Below are positions 23,955 to 34,594 of a stretch of 64,000 nucleotides of DNA, piece by piece. The stretch's first letter is position 1, and each line of letters opens with the position of its first letter. The DNA is from Legionellales bacterium. GTDB taxonomy: Bacteria > Pseudomonadota > Gammaproteobacteria > UBA1113. Location of the stretch: positions 20,465 to 84,464 of the forward strand of contig PAPY01000032.1 in assembly GCA_002709565.1 (NCBI GenBank), written 5' to 3'. The notes beneath the pieces are model-generated. The model was not told the origin of the DNA and searched no databases. It saw nothing but the letters and a program-made list of their open reading frames with translations. A program made the translations under genes and the position numbers.

Positions 23955-24952
23955 TGGCGACTGAGAATAGCACCCATGAACCGCCATTTGGGGTTTTGTT
24001 GGTAAATCTCGGTACCCCCGATGCACCCACGGCTAAAGCCGTCAGACGTTACCTGAAAGAATTTCTTTCTGACCCCCGCGTCATTGATGTGCCGCGCTTT
24101 ATCTGGTGGTGGATTCTGCGCTTGGCGATTTTGCCGTTCCGTCCCAAGCGCGTCGCCCGTAATTACCAGCAAATTTGGCTTGAAGATGGTTCACCTTTAC
24201 GCGTCTACAGCGAACAGCAACGCGAGCGGCTAGCAGCGGCTCTGGCACAACAGTATGGTGAAATGATCCCTGTGGCCCTGGGAATGACCTATGGCAATCC
24301 TTCATTGAAACAAGGCTTGTTAGCACTGCGTGAGCAAGGGATCAAAAAAGTCTTAGTGTTACCGTTATTCCCCCAATATTCTGGTGCGACCACGGCAGCG
24401 GTCTTTGATGGGGTAGCCAAGAGCATCAAGGGTTGTCCTTGCTTGCCAGATTTACGCTTTGTGCGGGATTACTATGATGAACCCAGTTATATTGCGGCCC
24501 TTGCCGCCAGTGTCGAGTCCCACTGGCAGCGCAGTGGCAAACGCGGCAAATTATTATTATCATTCCACGGTATTCCGAAGCGTTACAGTGATAAAGGGGA
24601 TCCTTACCCCGAACAGTGTGCAGTCACCGCAAAACTTGTGGCAGAGCGATTGGGGCTCACGGATAATGCGTGGGGGATGAGTTTTCAATCCCGCTTTGGC
24701 CCGGCAGAATGGGTCAAACCCTATACGTTGGAGACCTTAGAGGAGTGGGCGCGTGCAGGGATTGAGACCGTTGATGTTATCAGCCCAGGTTTTGCCAGTG
24801 ATTGTCTTGAGACGTTGGAAGAGCTAAAGGTTGAAAACCGTCAAGCCTTCATCAAAGCCGGTGGTAACGCGTTTCATTATATTCCCGCACTCAATGCCGA
24901 TAAAGCCCATATCGACGCGCTAGCGGCTATTGTCAAAGCCCACGAGTGGTAG
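23955..24952 (+). CDS. hemH: Ferrochelatase (ORF-track start 23756 over-extended into adk)
   Basis: 'GVLLVNLGTPDAPT', 'LPLFPQYSGATT', 'LLSFHGIP'; adk-hemH adjacency as in E. coli. Confidence 0.85.
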
Positions 24953-24976
24953 CGTCAGTCAAATAAGGAGAACATC

Positions 24977-25885
24977 ATGCCAAATGGACCTGAGATAGTT
25001 GTCGCCCAACCCGAGAGTGAGGCACGTAAAGCGCTATTGGCGGATTTGGCCCAGGGCAATTACTGTGTCACCTTGGCCGATGACGGTAATCAAGCCTGGG
25101 AGGTATTAGCCCGTTCATCGGCTATTGATCCCTTCACGGCAATCATACTCTCAGACGATTTAGCAGGTCTGTCATGTTTGGACGTGATAGCGAAGAGCCG
25201 ACAATCCAATAAGCTACGTTTGATTCCCATCATTGTTCTGCTGAATGACACAACGCAAGCCACCATCCAGCAATACCTCAAGGCTGGGGCGTTTTATTAT
25301 CTGGCGCGACCGGTGGAAACCGACAGATTAATGGCAGTGCTCCATGCTGCGGTGGATGATTGGTTGTATTATCGGATTAATCAAGAGAGTCTCTCTATCA
25401 GTCAACAGGGTTTGGAGATGCTGCAGCAAGCCCAGTTTCGTTTTCAAACCTATGAGCAATGCCATGAGTTAGCCGTGTATCTTGCCGATGCTTGTCCTGA
25501 ACCTGACAAAGCTATCATTGGTCTGCAGGAATTGATGATGAATGCGCTGGAGCACGGTAACCTCGGGATCACTTATGAACAAAAGTCCCAACTACTGGCA
25601 GAGAACCGTTGGCTGGAGGAAGTGCAGCTGCGCTCCCGTTTGACCGAGAACCACGACAAATGGGTGACAGTGGTGTTTGAACGGCAAAGTGAAGATTTAA
25701 GCTTTCATATTATCGATCAAGGCAAAGGCTTCGATTGGCAAAAATATACTCAGATTGAGACAGAGCGGGAAACCCATTTTCATGGTCGCGGTATTGCGAT
25801 GGCAGGGTTATTGACCTTTGATAAGATTGACTATCAGGGCTGTGGGAATGCGGTCAAAGCTAGCATAAAAAAAAGCCGCCCATAA
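24977..25885 (+). CDS. Two-domain regulator: N-terminal receiver (REC)-like domain + C-terminal GHKL/HATPase-like (RsbW/SpoIIAB-type anti-sigma kinase-like) domain
   Basis: REC-like 'IILSDDLAGLSCLDV...YLKAGAFYYLARP'; N-box 'NALEHGNLG', G-boxes 'DQGKGF', 'GRGIA'; no HisKA dimerisation domain. Confidence 0.55.
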   Translation: MPNGPEIVVAQPESEARKALLADLAQGNYCVTLADDGNQAWEVLARSSAIDPFTAIILSDDLAGLSCLDVIAKSRQSNKLRLIPIIVLLNDTTQATIQQYLKAGAFYYLARPVETDRLMAVLHAAVDDWLYYRINQESLSISQQGLEMLQQAQFRFQTYEQCHELAVYLADACPEPDKAIIGLQELMMNALEHGNLGITYEQKSQLLAENRWLEEVQLRSRLTENHDKWVTVVFERQSEDLSFHIIDQGKGFDWQKYTQIETERETHFHGRGIAMAGLLTFDKIDYQGCGNAVKASIKKSRP

Positions 25886-25896
25886 GGCGGCTTTTT
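25867..25896. terminator. Bidirectional rho-independent terminator between convergent genes
   Basis: aaaaaaaa-gccgcc-cataa-ggcggc-ttttt; stop codon of 24977-25885 lies in the loop. Confidence 0.75.
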
Positions 25897-25915
25897 AAGC
25901 ATATATGCTTCACGC

Positions 25916-26659
25916 TTATCGTTTAGCTCTTCGCTTAGCAGGAGCTCTTTTTCTGCTAGCGGCAACGCGACGTCGAGCTGGGGCTTTTTTCTTAGCAACA
26001 GTTCTACGTTTAGCTGGCTTACGCTTAGCAGTTGTTTTGCGTTTAGCAGTTGTTTTGCGCTTAGCAGCAGGCTTGCGCTTAGCAGTAGTCTTACGCTTAG
26101 CAGCAGGTTTGCGCTTAGCAGTAGTCTTACGCTTAGCAGCAGTTTTGCGCTTAGCTGGTTTACGTTTTTTGGCAGCAGCAGCGCGCTTCTTAGCGGCAGC
26201 AGCTTTTTTCTTGGCAGCAGCAGCTACTTTCTTCTTCGTATCAGCTACACCTTTAGCGTAACCTTTTTTGAATTCAGCAGCAGCTAACTTCTTAGCAGCG
26301 GCTAGAGCTTTTTTCTTCTCAGCAGCTACTTTCTTTTTGATATCTGCAATAGTTTTACGCAGAGCTTTCACCTGAGTGGAAACTTTGCTAGCAGCAGATT
26401 TACGTTTTGCAGTACTACGCTTAGCAGCAGGCTTGCGCTTAGCAGTAGTCTTGCGTTTAGCAGGAGCACGTTTAGCCGTAGTCTTACGTCTAGCAGTACT
26501 CTTCTTCGCAGTGCTGCGTTTAGCAGCTTTCTTTCTTACGGTTTTTGCCATGGTATTTCTCCTTGATTGCCCAAATGGCTCACTATTAAAAATAGCACAA
26601 TAAAATAAAAGCACATAGTTTTTTACAACCTCAATCAATATTTTTGACCCGAAGGGCAA
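25916..26659 (-). CDS. Histone H1-like, lysine/alanine-rich DNA-binding protein with AKRKTTAKRKPA tandem repeats
   Basis: ~40% K+A+R, repeated 'KRKTTAKRKPAAKR'; SD and ATG at 26552; antisense 'LAVVLRLAA' ORFs are artefacts of the repeat. Confidence 0.7.
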   Translation of the reverse strand: MPFGSKILIEVVKNYVLLFYCAIFNSEPFGQSRRNTMAKTVRKKAAKRSTAKKSTARRKTTAKRAPAKRKTTAKRKPAAKRSTAKRKSAASKVSTQVKALRKTIADIKKKVAAEKKKALAAAKKLAAAEFKKGYAKGVADTKKKVAAAAKKKAAAAKKRAAAAKKRKPAKRKTAAKRKTTAKRKPAAKRKTTAKRKPAAKRKTTAKRKTTAKRKPAKRRTVAKKKAPARRRVAASRKRAPAKRRAKR

Positions 26660-26936
26660 AATTATCGATTGCGGTTGGCGTATATCCCTATACTAAATTA
26701 ACCTGACCGAGACCAAATTAAGCTAGAGAAGACACACACTTAACCATTCTACAACTAAATTTTTTACTTTTACAAATCAAAAAGCCTAAAAAAACCAAAA
26801 ACTTACAACTTTTTTTACAAATTTTGCCATTTTGAGGTGAAAATCGATTTATTTTGTTGTTGATTCTCCATTTTGCTCTCGTTAACGATGTTGCTCGGCA
26901 AAAAAATTTGTTATAAAGCCCACACCATATATATAG

Positions 26937-27419
26937 ATGAGGTTCAGCATGACAAACTATGCCAACAAACGAAATTTTTTTCGGACTGCACTGTTAATTA
27001 TCGGATATTGTGTCGCACAATTAGCGTTTGCTGCCAATACTAGCCCTGTTGGACGTTGGCAAACTATCGATGATGGGGATAACAAACCCCGCAGTATCGT
27101 CAAAATCAACGAGTCCAACGGTGTGCTTTCCGGTAATATCGAAAAAATTTATTACCGTACTGGTGAAGGACCAAGTGATCTTTGTAGCAAATGCACCGGT
27201 GAACGCCATAATAAGCCCTTCATTGGCATGAATATATTATGGGGTCTGACCCGCTACCCGGATGGGCAATGGAAAGGTGGCAAGATTATTGACCCTGAGA
27301 GCGGCAATACATATCGTTGTAAGTTGCAAGTAAGCCCTGATGGCAAAACCATGACGGTGCGTGGTTATCTCGGTGTGTCCTTGCTTGGCCGTGATCAGAC
27401 ATGGTTAAGGGTGTCTTAA
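26937..27419 (+). CDS. DUF2147-family periplasmic protein (signal peptide)
   Basis: 'GRWQTIDD...KPRSIVKI', 'GKIIDPESGNTYRCK' typical of DUF2147. Confidence 0.6.
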   Translation: MRFSMTNYANKRNFFRTALLIIGYCVAQLAFAANTSPVGRWQTIDDGDNKPRSIVKINESNGVLSGNIEKIYYRTGEGPSDLCSKCTGERHNKPFIGMNILWGLTRYPDGQWKGGKIIDPESGNTYRCKLQVSPDGKTMTVRGYLGVSLLGRDQTWLRVS

Positions 27420-27422
27420 GCG

Positions 27423-28910
27423 GTGAAGGATTACATACTGGCAATCGATCAAGGCACCACAAGCACGCGTGCTATTGTCTTCAATGATCAGGGGCTGCCT
27501 GTTGGTCAATATCAACAAGAATTTCAGCAACACTTTCCGGCGGATGGTTGGGTTGAGCACGACCCAGAAGAAATATGGCAAACGGTATTGGCCAGTTGTC
27601 GTGGCGCAATTCATCAAGCGGGTATCCAAGCAAATGGTATTGCAGCGCTTGGGATCAGCAATCAACGAGAAACCACAGTTATCTGGGACAAAGCGAGTGG
27701 CGAACCCATCTATAATGCGATTGTTTGGCAAGACCGTCGTACCAGTGAGACTTGTCAAGGATTAGTCGAGCAGGGGCTGACGGCGACTATTCAGGACAAA
27801 ACGGGCTTGCTTATCGACCCGTATTTTTCTGCCAGCAAGATTCAGTGGCTCCTAGACAATGTGTCCGGTGCCCGAGAGCGGGCAGAACAGGGCGAGTTGG
27901 CATTTGGTACCATTGATACGTTTTTGCTGTGGCGTCTTACTGGAGGTAATGTTCATGCGACAGATGCCACTAATGCGGCTCGGACGATGTTGTTTAACAT
28001 CCACGAACAAGTTTGGGATCAAGCGCTATTAGCTATTTTTGATATTCCAGCCTTACTGCTACCACAAGTCAAAGATACCAGTGGTGAGTTTGGTGTTGTC
28101 GACAGTGATTTGCTCGGCCACAGTATCCCCATCACCAGTCTCGTCGGGGATCAACAAGCAGCTGCTATCGGTCAAGCCTGTTTTGAGGTGGGTATGGTCA
28201 AGAGCACCTATGGCACGGGTTGTTTTGTCTTGGCTAATACTGGTGACAAGCCGTTGGCATCTCAGCATCGGTTATTGACGACCGTGGTGTATCGTCTTAA
28301 TGGTGAGGTCACCTATGGCATCGAGGGCAGTATCTTTGTGGCGGGTGCCGCGGTGCAGTGGTTGCGCGATACGGTGAATTTGATCAGTCATGCCAGTGAC
28401 ACTGAACGCCATGCAACCCAGGTACGCGATACTGGAGGTGTTTATTTGGTGCCGGCATTTACGGGGCTTGGGGCACCCTATTGGGATCCAGAAGCGCGGG
28501 GGGCAATTTTTGGTTTAACTCGTGATAGTGGCGTGGGGCAAATCGTTCGTGCCGCTCTAGAAGCGGTGTGCTATCAAACCAAAGACTTACTGGACTCTAT
28601 GGCCAAAGATGGTATTACGCCACAGCAATTGCGCGTGGATGGTGGCATGGTTACAAATGATTGGCTAATGCAATTCTTAGCGGATATCTTGCAAGTCAAT
28701 GTTAAGCGACCAGAAGTAACAGAAACCAGTGCACTGGGTGCCGCTTATATGGCGGGACTTGCAGTGGGCGTGTTTAATTCGTTAGATAGCATTGCGGAGC
28801 TTTGGCATGAAGAGCGGCATTTTAGTCCAGAGATGGAGCTCGGTCATCGCGATAAGCTTTATCAAGGATGGATTGAGGCTATTGGGCGAGTTAGGTGTAC
28901 GGAGGTTTAA
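27423..28910 (+). CDS. glpK: Glycerol kinase
   Basis: '[11 protein letters not shown]', 'GTGCF', FGGY-family motifs throughout. Confidence 0.9.
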   Translation: MKDYILAIDQGTTSTRAIVFNDQGLPVGQYQQEFQQHFPADGWVEHDPEEIWQTVLASCRGAIHQAGIQANGIAALGISNQRETTVIWDKASGEPIYNAIVWQDRRTSETCQGLVEQGLTATIQDKTGLLIDPYFSASKIQWLLDNVSGARERAEQGELAFGTIDTFLLWRLTGGNVHATDATNAARTMLFNIHEQVWDQALLAIFDIPALLLPQVKDTSGEFGVVDSDLLGHSIPITSLVGDQQAAAIGQACFEVGMVKSTYGTGCFVLANTGDKPLASQHRLLTTVVYRLNGEVTYGIEGSIFVAGAAVQWLRDTVNLISHASDTERHATQVRDTGGVYLVPAFTGLGAPYWDPEARGAIFGLTRDSGVGQIVRAALEAVCYQTKDLLDSMAKDGITPQQLRVDGGMVTNDWLMQFLADILQVNVKRPEVTETSALGAAYMAGLAVGVFNSLDSIAELWHEERHFSPEMELGHRDKLYQGWIEAIGRVRCTEV

Positions 28911-28988
28911 GTTTAGCCTCTCTATACCTCCCTACGCTTAAAAGCTTCGGGAGGTAGTAACGTTCCTACGCATAGCGTAGGAACGTTA

Positions 28989-29504
28989 CTACATCTTAAA
29001 ATAAATCATCATTTCAGTGAATGAACTCGGTATTCGATGATTCGCTGTGTCGATGTTAGGTTGTGCATCATTACGCGCTAATCCTGGTGTTTTGACGGTC
29101 GTTGGCTGTTGAAGATTATTCATGATCCGATCATAATCTTGTGGTTTGTGGCCGTTTGCTGGGGTGCGATTGAGTGGCACCAAAAATAATGTCGAACCAG
29201 CACCCAGCAGGGCTAAACCAAACAAAAATACTAATAAACTATGATTAATCATTTTACCCCACGCCATCAAGAATAAACCCGCGCCATAACAAAATACCGA
29301 GATGGTGCAACGTAGCACTTCTTGTGTCTCTGCTGTGTTTAATAACGGTTGTTTGATGGTTTCGTTAGTAATAGCGGGATTGAGATCTTTGAGATCTAAA
29401 TCCTGCAAATCTGACCGAGTTGGGTCTAATTGATCGAGGCTTCCCAGCCCATATCTATCCTGTCTCATGACAATATCCCTCTGCCTAAGAATGGTTGTGT
29501 TCAA
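28989..29504 (-). CDS. Hypothetical membrane protein
   Basis: Two predicted TM helices in C-terminal half; no family recognised. Confidence 0.35.
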   Translation of the reverse strand: MNTTILRQRDIVMRQDRYGLGSLDQLDPTRSDLQDLDLKDLNPAITNETIKQPLLNTAETQEVLRCTISVFCYGAGLFLMAWGKMINHSLLVFLFGLALLGAGSTLFLVPLNRTPANGHKPQDYDRIMNNLQQPTTVKTPGLARNDAQPNIDTANHRIPSSFTEMMIYFKM

Positions 29505-29724
29505 TGCGTTAATTACCTCCGCCCTCTGGAGGTCATTTCACAGTTAAGAAACTGTAATTTGCGGCTCAGAGCCAGCAATCCCGAAAGGCCTTATCCAGTA
29601 TAGACAGGGAATTTGGGGAATGCCAAGGCGGCAGAGGAAAAAGGTGAATATTTTTTCTAGTGGACTGATTCTATTGTTGAAAAAAATTTTGGGCTAGCCA
29701 GCGGGCTAGCCCGGGTGGGTCTTG

Positions 29725-31017
29725 CTAGCGATCAGCTAATTCGACAAAATCTCGTTGCGTGGGGCCGGTATAGAGTTGACGAGGTCGGCCAATACGGAAA
29801 CCTGGACTTGAGACCATTTCTTTCCAATGTGAGATCCAGCCAACAGTCCGGGCTAGAGCAAAAATCACTGTGAACATGGTTGTTGGGATACCAAGAGCAC
29901 TCAAGGTGATGCCAGAATAGAAATCAACATTGGGGTAGAGTTTTTTCTCGATGAAGTATTCATCCTCAAGGGCTATTTTTTCTAGAGCCATGGCTAGTTT
30001 AAACTTCGGTGAATCACTGGCACCAACAGCTTCGAGCACTTCATGGCACGTTTCACGCATGACTTTGGCACGGGGGTCGTAATTCTTGTAGACCCGGTGA
30101 CCAAAGCCCATGAGGCGGAAGGGGTCGTCTTTATCCCGTGCTCGTTTGACGTATTCACCAACCCGGGAAACATCGCCAATCTCATCGAGCATCTTCAATA
30201 CGGCTTCATTAGCGCCACCATGGGCAGGTCCCCAGAGGGCGGCAATGCCAGCGGAGATACAAGCAAATGGGTTCGCACCAGTAGAGCCAGCAAGGCGCAC
30301 GGTAGAGGTAGAGGCGTTTTGCTCATGATCGGCGTGTAAGGTGAAGATCCTGTCCATAGCCCGAGCTAGGATAGGGTTCGGTTCCCATTTTTCGGAAGGG
30401 ACCCCAAATGTCATATAAAGGAAGTTTTCGGCGTAGCTCAGATCATTTTGTGGATACAAGAACGGCAAGCCGATGGAGTATTTGTAACACATTGCCGCGA
30501 GCGTCGGCATTTTGGCGACTAGACGACAAGCCGCAATATCTCGGTCTTCTGGGCGGCTAATGTCCAGGGAGTCATGGTAAAACGAGGATAGGGCACCAAC
30601 GACACCAACCATGATAGCCATAGGGTGGGCATCGCGGCGGAAACCATTAAAGAGATTATGGATCTGCTCGTGGACCATGGTGTGATTGTTGATTTTGTCG
30701 ACAAAAGCTTGCTTCTCAGTGGCATTTGGGAGGTCGCCGTACAATAATGCGTGACAAACTTCGAGGTAATCAGCTTTTTCGGCCAGCTGTTCAATGGGAT
30801 ATCCGCGATAGAGTAATACGCCATTGGCACCATCGATGTAGGTAATTTTGGATTCACAGGAAGCGGTGGCGGTAAAGCCAGGATCAAAAGTAAAGGTATT
30901 GGCCTTTGCCACAGGACCGATATCAATGACATCTTGCCCCAAAGTGCCCGAGTAAACCGGTAACTCAATGGCTTCTTGATTGGGATCAAGGGTCAATTGT
31001 ACAGTTTTTGTGGTCAT
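29725..31017 (-). CDS. gltA: Citrate synthase (type II); start at '[11 protein letters not shown]' with SD AGGAG
   Basis: 'GFGHRVYK', '[14 protein letters not shown]'; divergent from sdhC as in E. coli. Confidence 0.9.
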   Translation of the reverse strand: MTTKTVQLTLDPNQEAIELPVYSGTLGQDVIDIGPVAKANTFTFDPGFTATASCESKITYIDGANGVLLYRGYPIEQLAEKADYLEVCHALLYGDLPNATEKQAFVDKINNHTMVHEQIHNLFNGFRRDAHPMAIMVGVVGALSSFYHDSLDISRPEDRDIAACRLVAKMPTLAAMCYKYSIGLPFLYPQNDLSYAENFLYMTFGVPSEKWEPNPILARAMDRIFTLHADHEQNASTSTVRLAGSTGANPFACISAGIAALWGPAHGGANEAVLKMLDEIGDVSRVGEYVKRARDKDDPFRLMGFGHRVYKNYDPRAKVMRETCHEVLEAVGASDSPKFKLAMALEKIALEDEYFIEKKLYPNVDFYSGITLSALGIPTTMFTVIFALARTVGWISHWKEMVSSPGFRIGRPRQLYTGPTQRDFVELADR

Positions 31018-31324
31018 GTGTACTCCTGTCACAGTAGTTGGCTGACAATAGTTGGGTTCAATGAAGGGCTGTATAACTCATTGAAATTTGCCGCTCACTA
31101 TAGCGAATGGCATTAAGGCTTGTCAAACGAGAAGCTTTAGCTGGAACGGTGCAAGATTTGAGATTTGGAGGCATCCTCGCTATACTATCGCCACCGGAAA
31201 CTCTGTCAGGCGTTAGGTTAACACACTAGTTTTCACTCCCTTTCTTTCCGGTAAATTCAGTAGAACTGTTCAATCATTGAACTTGTTTTGTGTTCAGTAT
31301 TAACGCAGGCCTAGAGACTGCATT

Positions 31325-31717
31325 TTGAGTAAGGATAAAGCTGTGAAAGAGCAACGTCCCGTCAATCTTGATTTGACGACTATTAAATTTCCTATCACTG
31401 CTATCGTGTCAATTCTGCACCGTATTTCTGGGGTGATTTTATTTTTATTTATTCCATTAATGCTTTGGGGCTTGCAGCAAGTTCTTGGTTCGGGGGATGA
31501 TTTTGCTGTGCTGCAACGTTGTTTTGCCGGTCCAGTGTCAAGGTTCATTCTCTGGGGTATTTTATCTGCCCTGATTTATCACATCGTTGCCGGTATTCGC
31601 CATTTACTGATGGATTTCGGTCTTGGTGAAGGCAAAGTCAGCGGTCGTCTCGGTGCTCGAATTGCACTCGGGGTCGCTATCGTATTAATCGTTCTATTAG
31701 GAATTGCGTTATGGTAA
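31325..31717 (+). CDS. sdhC: Succinate dehydrogenase cytochrome b556 subunit (start may be GTG at 31343)
   Basis: 'KEQRPVNLDLTTIKFPITAIVSILHRISG'. Confidence 0.85.
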   Translation: MSKDKAVKEQRPVNLDLTTIKFPITAIVSILHRISGVILFLFIPLMLWGLQQVLGSGDDFAVLQRCFAGPVSRFILWGILSALIYHIVAGIRHLLMDFGLGEGKVSGRLGARIALGVAIVLIVLLGIALW

Positions 31718-32058
31718 GCAATGTAACAAGTTATAGTGGTAATGGGCTTCGAGACTGGTTAGCGCAGCGGCTCTCTGCGGTAGTAATGGTAGCTTATGTT
31801 GTACTATTAGCCGTTTATTTTGCGATGCACCCTGTCGCTGAGCAAACCAGCTGGCAACAATTGTTTGGCCATGTCTGGATGAAAATCATCACCGTCATCG
31901 TATTATTAAATTTGGTGGTTCATGCCTGGATTGGTATCTGGACTATTTTTACAGATTATATCAAGCCGATGTGGTTGCGGGTTTGTTTAGAACTTGCGGT
32001 CATTCTGGTCTTAGCAGGATACCTGGTTTGGGGTATCGATATTTTGTGGAGCGTTTAA
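31711..32058 (+). CDS. sdhD: Succinate dehydrogenase membrane anchor subunit
   Basis: Size, position, 3 TM helices, His ligand. Confidence 0.85.
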   Translation: MVSNVTSYSGNGLRDWLAQRLSAVVMVAYVVLLAVYFAMHPVAEQTSWQQLFGHVWMKIITVIVLLNLVVHAWIGIWTIFTDYIKPMWLRVCLELAVILVLAGYLVWGIDILWSV

Positions 32059-32061
32059 TTC

Positions 32062-33831
32062 ATGGCTATCCCAACATTTACATTTGATGCGGTTATTATC
32101 GGTGCTGGGGGCGCGGGTATGCGCGCGGCCCTCGCGCTGGCAAAGTCTGGTTATAACACAGCATTAGTCTCTAAAGTTTTTCCGACACGATCTCATACCG
32201 TGTCTGCCCAAGGTGGTATTACTTGTGCCATCGGTAACGCTCACGAAGATGATTGGCGTTGGCACATGTATGACACGGTTAAAGGCTCAGATTTCATCGG
32301 CGATCAAGACTGTATTGAATATATGTGCAAGACAGGCCCTGAATGTGTGTATGAATTAGAACACATGGGTTTGCCATTTTCACGTACCGATGACGGTAAA
32401 ATTTATCAACGCCCCTTTGGCGGGCAATCCCGTAACTTTGGTGGTGAACAAGCCGCGCGAACCTGTGCTGCAGCGGATAGAACTGGACACGCGCTACTGC
32501 ATACCTTGTACCAACAAAATTTGCAGGCGAATACCCATGTGTTTTCTGAATGGTATGCTATTGATTTAGTGAAAGCATCACATGGCAAAGGCTTTGCAGG
32601 TGTTACCGTGATGAACATCGAAACCGGCGAAGTCGCCTTCATGCATGCTCGTGCGATTGTGTTCGCTACTGGCGGTGCAGGACGTATTTTCCAATCTACG
32701 ACAAATGCCTTAATCAATACCGGCGATGGTATTGGTATTGCCTTACGCGCTGGCCTCCCAGTCCAAGACATGGAGATGTGGCAATTCCATCCGACAGGTA
32801 TTGCGGGTGCCGGTACCTTGGTGACGGAAGGTTGCCGTGGAGAAGGGGGCTATCTCATCAATAAAGACGGCGAACGTTTTATGGAGCGTTATGCCCCCCA
32901 CGCCAAAGACTTAGCATCTCGAGATGTGGTATCTCGTGCAATGGCCCTAGAAATTCGCGCGGGTAATGGTTTTGAAACGAAAGGCGTGCAACACGTTAAA
33001 TTGAATCTCGTGCACTTAGGCGCAGATTTAATTAAATCGCGTCTGCCAGGAATTCGTGAATTGTCCATGACCTTCGCGGGGGTGGACCCTATTATTGAGC
33101 CTATTCCTGTCGTCCCAACCTGTCACTATATGATGGGTGGTATTCCGACGAACGTACACGGTGAAGTGTTAACGGTTGATGCTGATGGCACAGAGCGCTC
33201 TGTTGAAGGTCTCTATGCGGCGGGTGAGTGTGCTTGTGTCTCGGTCCATGGCGCAAACCGTTTAGGTGGTAATTCATTGTTGGATTTAGTCGTCTTCGGT
33301 CGCGCGGCAGGATTGCATGTTGAAGATCAGCTCCAAGAGCATTTGCCACTGCACCCTGTCAGTGATGATGATATTGAAGCCGCCACGGGTCGTTTGCGCC
33401 GTTGGCAAGATAACAAAGACGGTGAGTCTGTTAGCGACATCAAAGCTGAGATGCAAAAAGTCATGCAAGAAGATTTTGGTGTGTTCCGAACAGCAGAGTA
33501 CATGGCGTCAGGGGTTGAGAAAATCAAAGGCCTGCGTGAGCGCTTACAACATGCGGTATTAACGGATCATTCTAAGGTATTCAACACTGCTCGCATTGAA
33601 GCCCTGGAGTTGGATAATTTGATGGAAGTGGCTGCCGCAACCGCCTTTGCGGCAGATTTCCGTACCGAGAGCCGCGGTGCTCATAGTCGTGAAGACTTCC
33701 CGAAACGAGATGATGAAAACTGGCTGGTCCATAGCCTATACTTTGCTGAAGGAGACCGTCTCAGTACGCGGGGAGTGAATATGAAGCCGAAAACAATGGA
33801 TCCATTTGAACCCGTTGAGCGAGTATATTAG
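32062..33831 (+). CDS. sdhA: Succinate dehydrogenase flavoprotein subunit
   Basis: '[16 protein letters not shown]', '[10 protein letters not shown]', 'HYMMGGI'. Confidence 0.95.
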   Translation: MAIPTFTFDAVIIGAGGAGMRAALALAKSGYNTALVSKVFPTRSHTVSAQGGITCAIGNAHEDDWRWHMYDTVKGSDFIGDQDCIEYMCKTGPECVYELEHMGLPFSRTDDGKIYQRPFGGQSRNFGGEQAARTCAAADRTGHALLHTLYQQNLQANTHVFSEWYAIDLVKASHGKGFAGVTVMNIETGEVAFMHARAIVFATGGAGRIFQSTTNALINTGDGIGIALRAGLPVQDMEMWQFHPTGIAGAGTLVTEGCRGEGGYLINKDGERFMERYAPHAKDLASRDVVSRAMALEIRAGNGFETKGVQHVKLNLVHLGADLIKSRLPGIRELSMTFAGVDPIIEPIPVVPTCHYMMGGIPTNVHGEVLTVDADGTERSVEGLYAAGECACVSVHGANRLGGNSLLDLVVFGRAAGLHVEDQLQEHLPLHPVSDDDIEAATGRLRRWQDNKDGESVSDIKAEMQKVMQEDFGVFRTAEYMASGVEKIKGLRERLQHAVLTDHSKVFNTARIEALELDNLMEVAAATAFAADFRTESRGAHSREDFPKRDDENWLVHSLYFAEGDRLSTRGVNMKPKTMDPFEPVERVY

Positions 33832-33840
33832 GAGAGAACA

Positions 33841-34560
33841 ATGACAGAAGAAACCCAAAAAATTCACTTCAAAATATACCGCTATAATCCCGAAACTGAT
33901 AAAGCGCCAGTGATGAAGGATTATTACCTCGAAGTGCCTAAAGCAACGGATATGATGTTGCTTTCTGCCTTGATTCAACTCAAAGCCCAGGACGAAACCA
34001 TTGCCTTTCGCCGTTCTTGTCGCGAAGGGGTGTGTGGCTCTGATGGTATGAACATTAATGGCCGTAATGGCTTGGCCTGTATCACGACCTTGTCGTCATT
34101 GAAGCAACCTATCGTTATTCGGCCGTTGCCCGGCTTTCCGGTGGTGCGAGATTTAGTTGTGGATATGGAGCAATTTTATCGTCAATACGAAAAAATTAAA
34201 CCGTACCTCCAAAATGACGAACCAGCACCAGCAAAAGAACGTTTACAATCGCCCAAAGACCGCAAAAAACTCGACGGTCTTTATGAATGTATCCTGTGTG
34301 CCTGTTGTTCCAGTTCTTGTCCTTCATTCTGGTGGAATCCGGATAAATTTATCGGACCGGCAGGTTTATTACAGGCGTATCGTTTTATCGTTGATAGTCG
34401 CGACAATCAGACGACGGAGCGTTTAAAAGATTTAGAAGATCCCTTCAGTGTATTCCGTTGTCGCGGCATTATGAATTGTGTGGATGTCTGTCCAAAAGGC
34501 CTAAACCCAACCAAAGCCATCGGCAAAATCCGCTCACAATTACTAAAAGAAGGTACTTAA
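33841..34560 (+). CDS. sdhB: Succinate dehydrogenase iron-sulfur subunit
   Basis: '[21 protein letters not shown]', '[12 protein letters not shown]', '[12 protein letters not shown]'. Confidence 0.95.
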   Translation: MTEETQKIHFKIYRYNPETDKAPVMKDYYLEVPKATDMMLLSALIQLKAQDETIAFRRSCREGVCGSDGMNINGRNGLACITTLSSLKQPIVIRPLPGFPVVRDLVVDMEQFYRQYEKIKPYLQNDEPAPAKERLQSPKDRKKLDGLYECILCACCSSSCPSFWWNPDKFIGPAGLLQAYRFIVDSRDNQTTERLKDLEDPFSVFRCRGIMNCVDVCPKGLNPTKAIGKIRSQLLKEGT

Positions 34561-34594
34561 CCAATAACATGAGCTCAAACAAGGTTAATCAATC

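Noticed and set aside
25990-26200. Regularly spaced short direct repeats considered as a possible CRISPR array
   Set aside because: The repeats are contiguous coding repeats (AKRK units) inside an ORF. There are no unique spacers and no cas genes nearby.
25905-26603. Plus-strand ORFs (25905-26261, 26376-26603) with 'LAVVLRLAAGLR' repeats
   Set aside because: They are an antisense reading of the K/A-rich histone-like gene. They lack an RBS and are repeat-driven.
29688-29715. Twin 'ggctagcc' palindromes downstream of gltA
   Set aside because: Most simply a rho-independent terminator for gltA (hairpin + T-run on the minus strand). No evidence for a restriction-modification or recombinase site.
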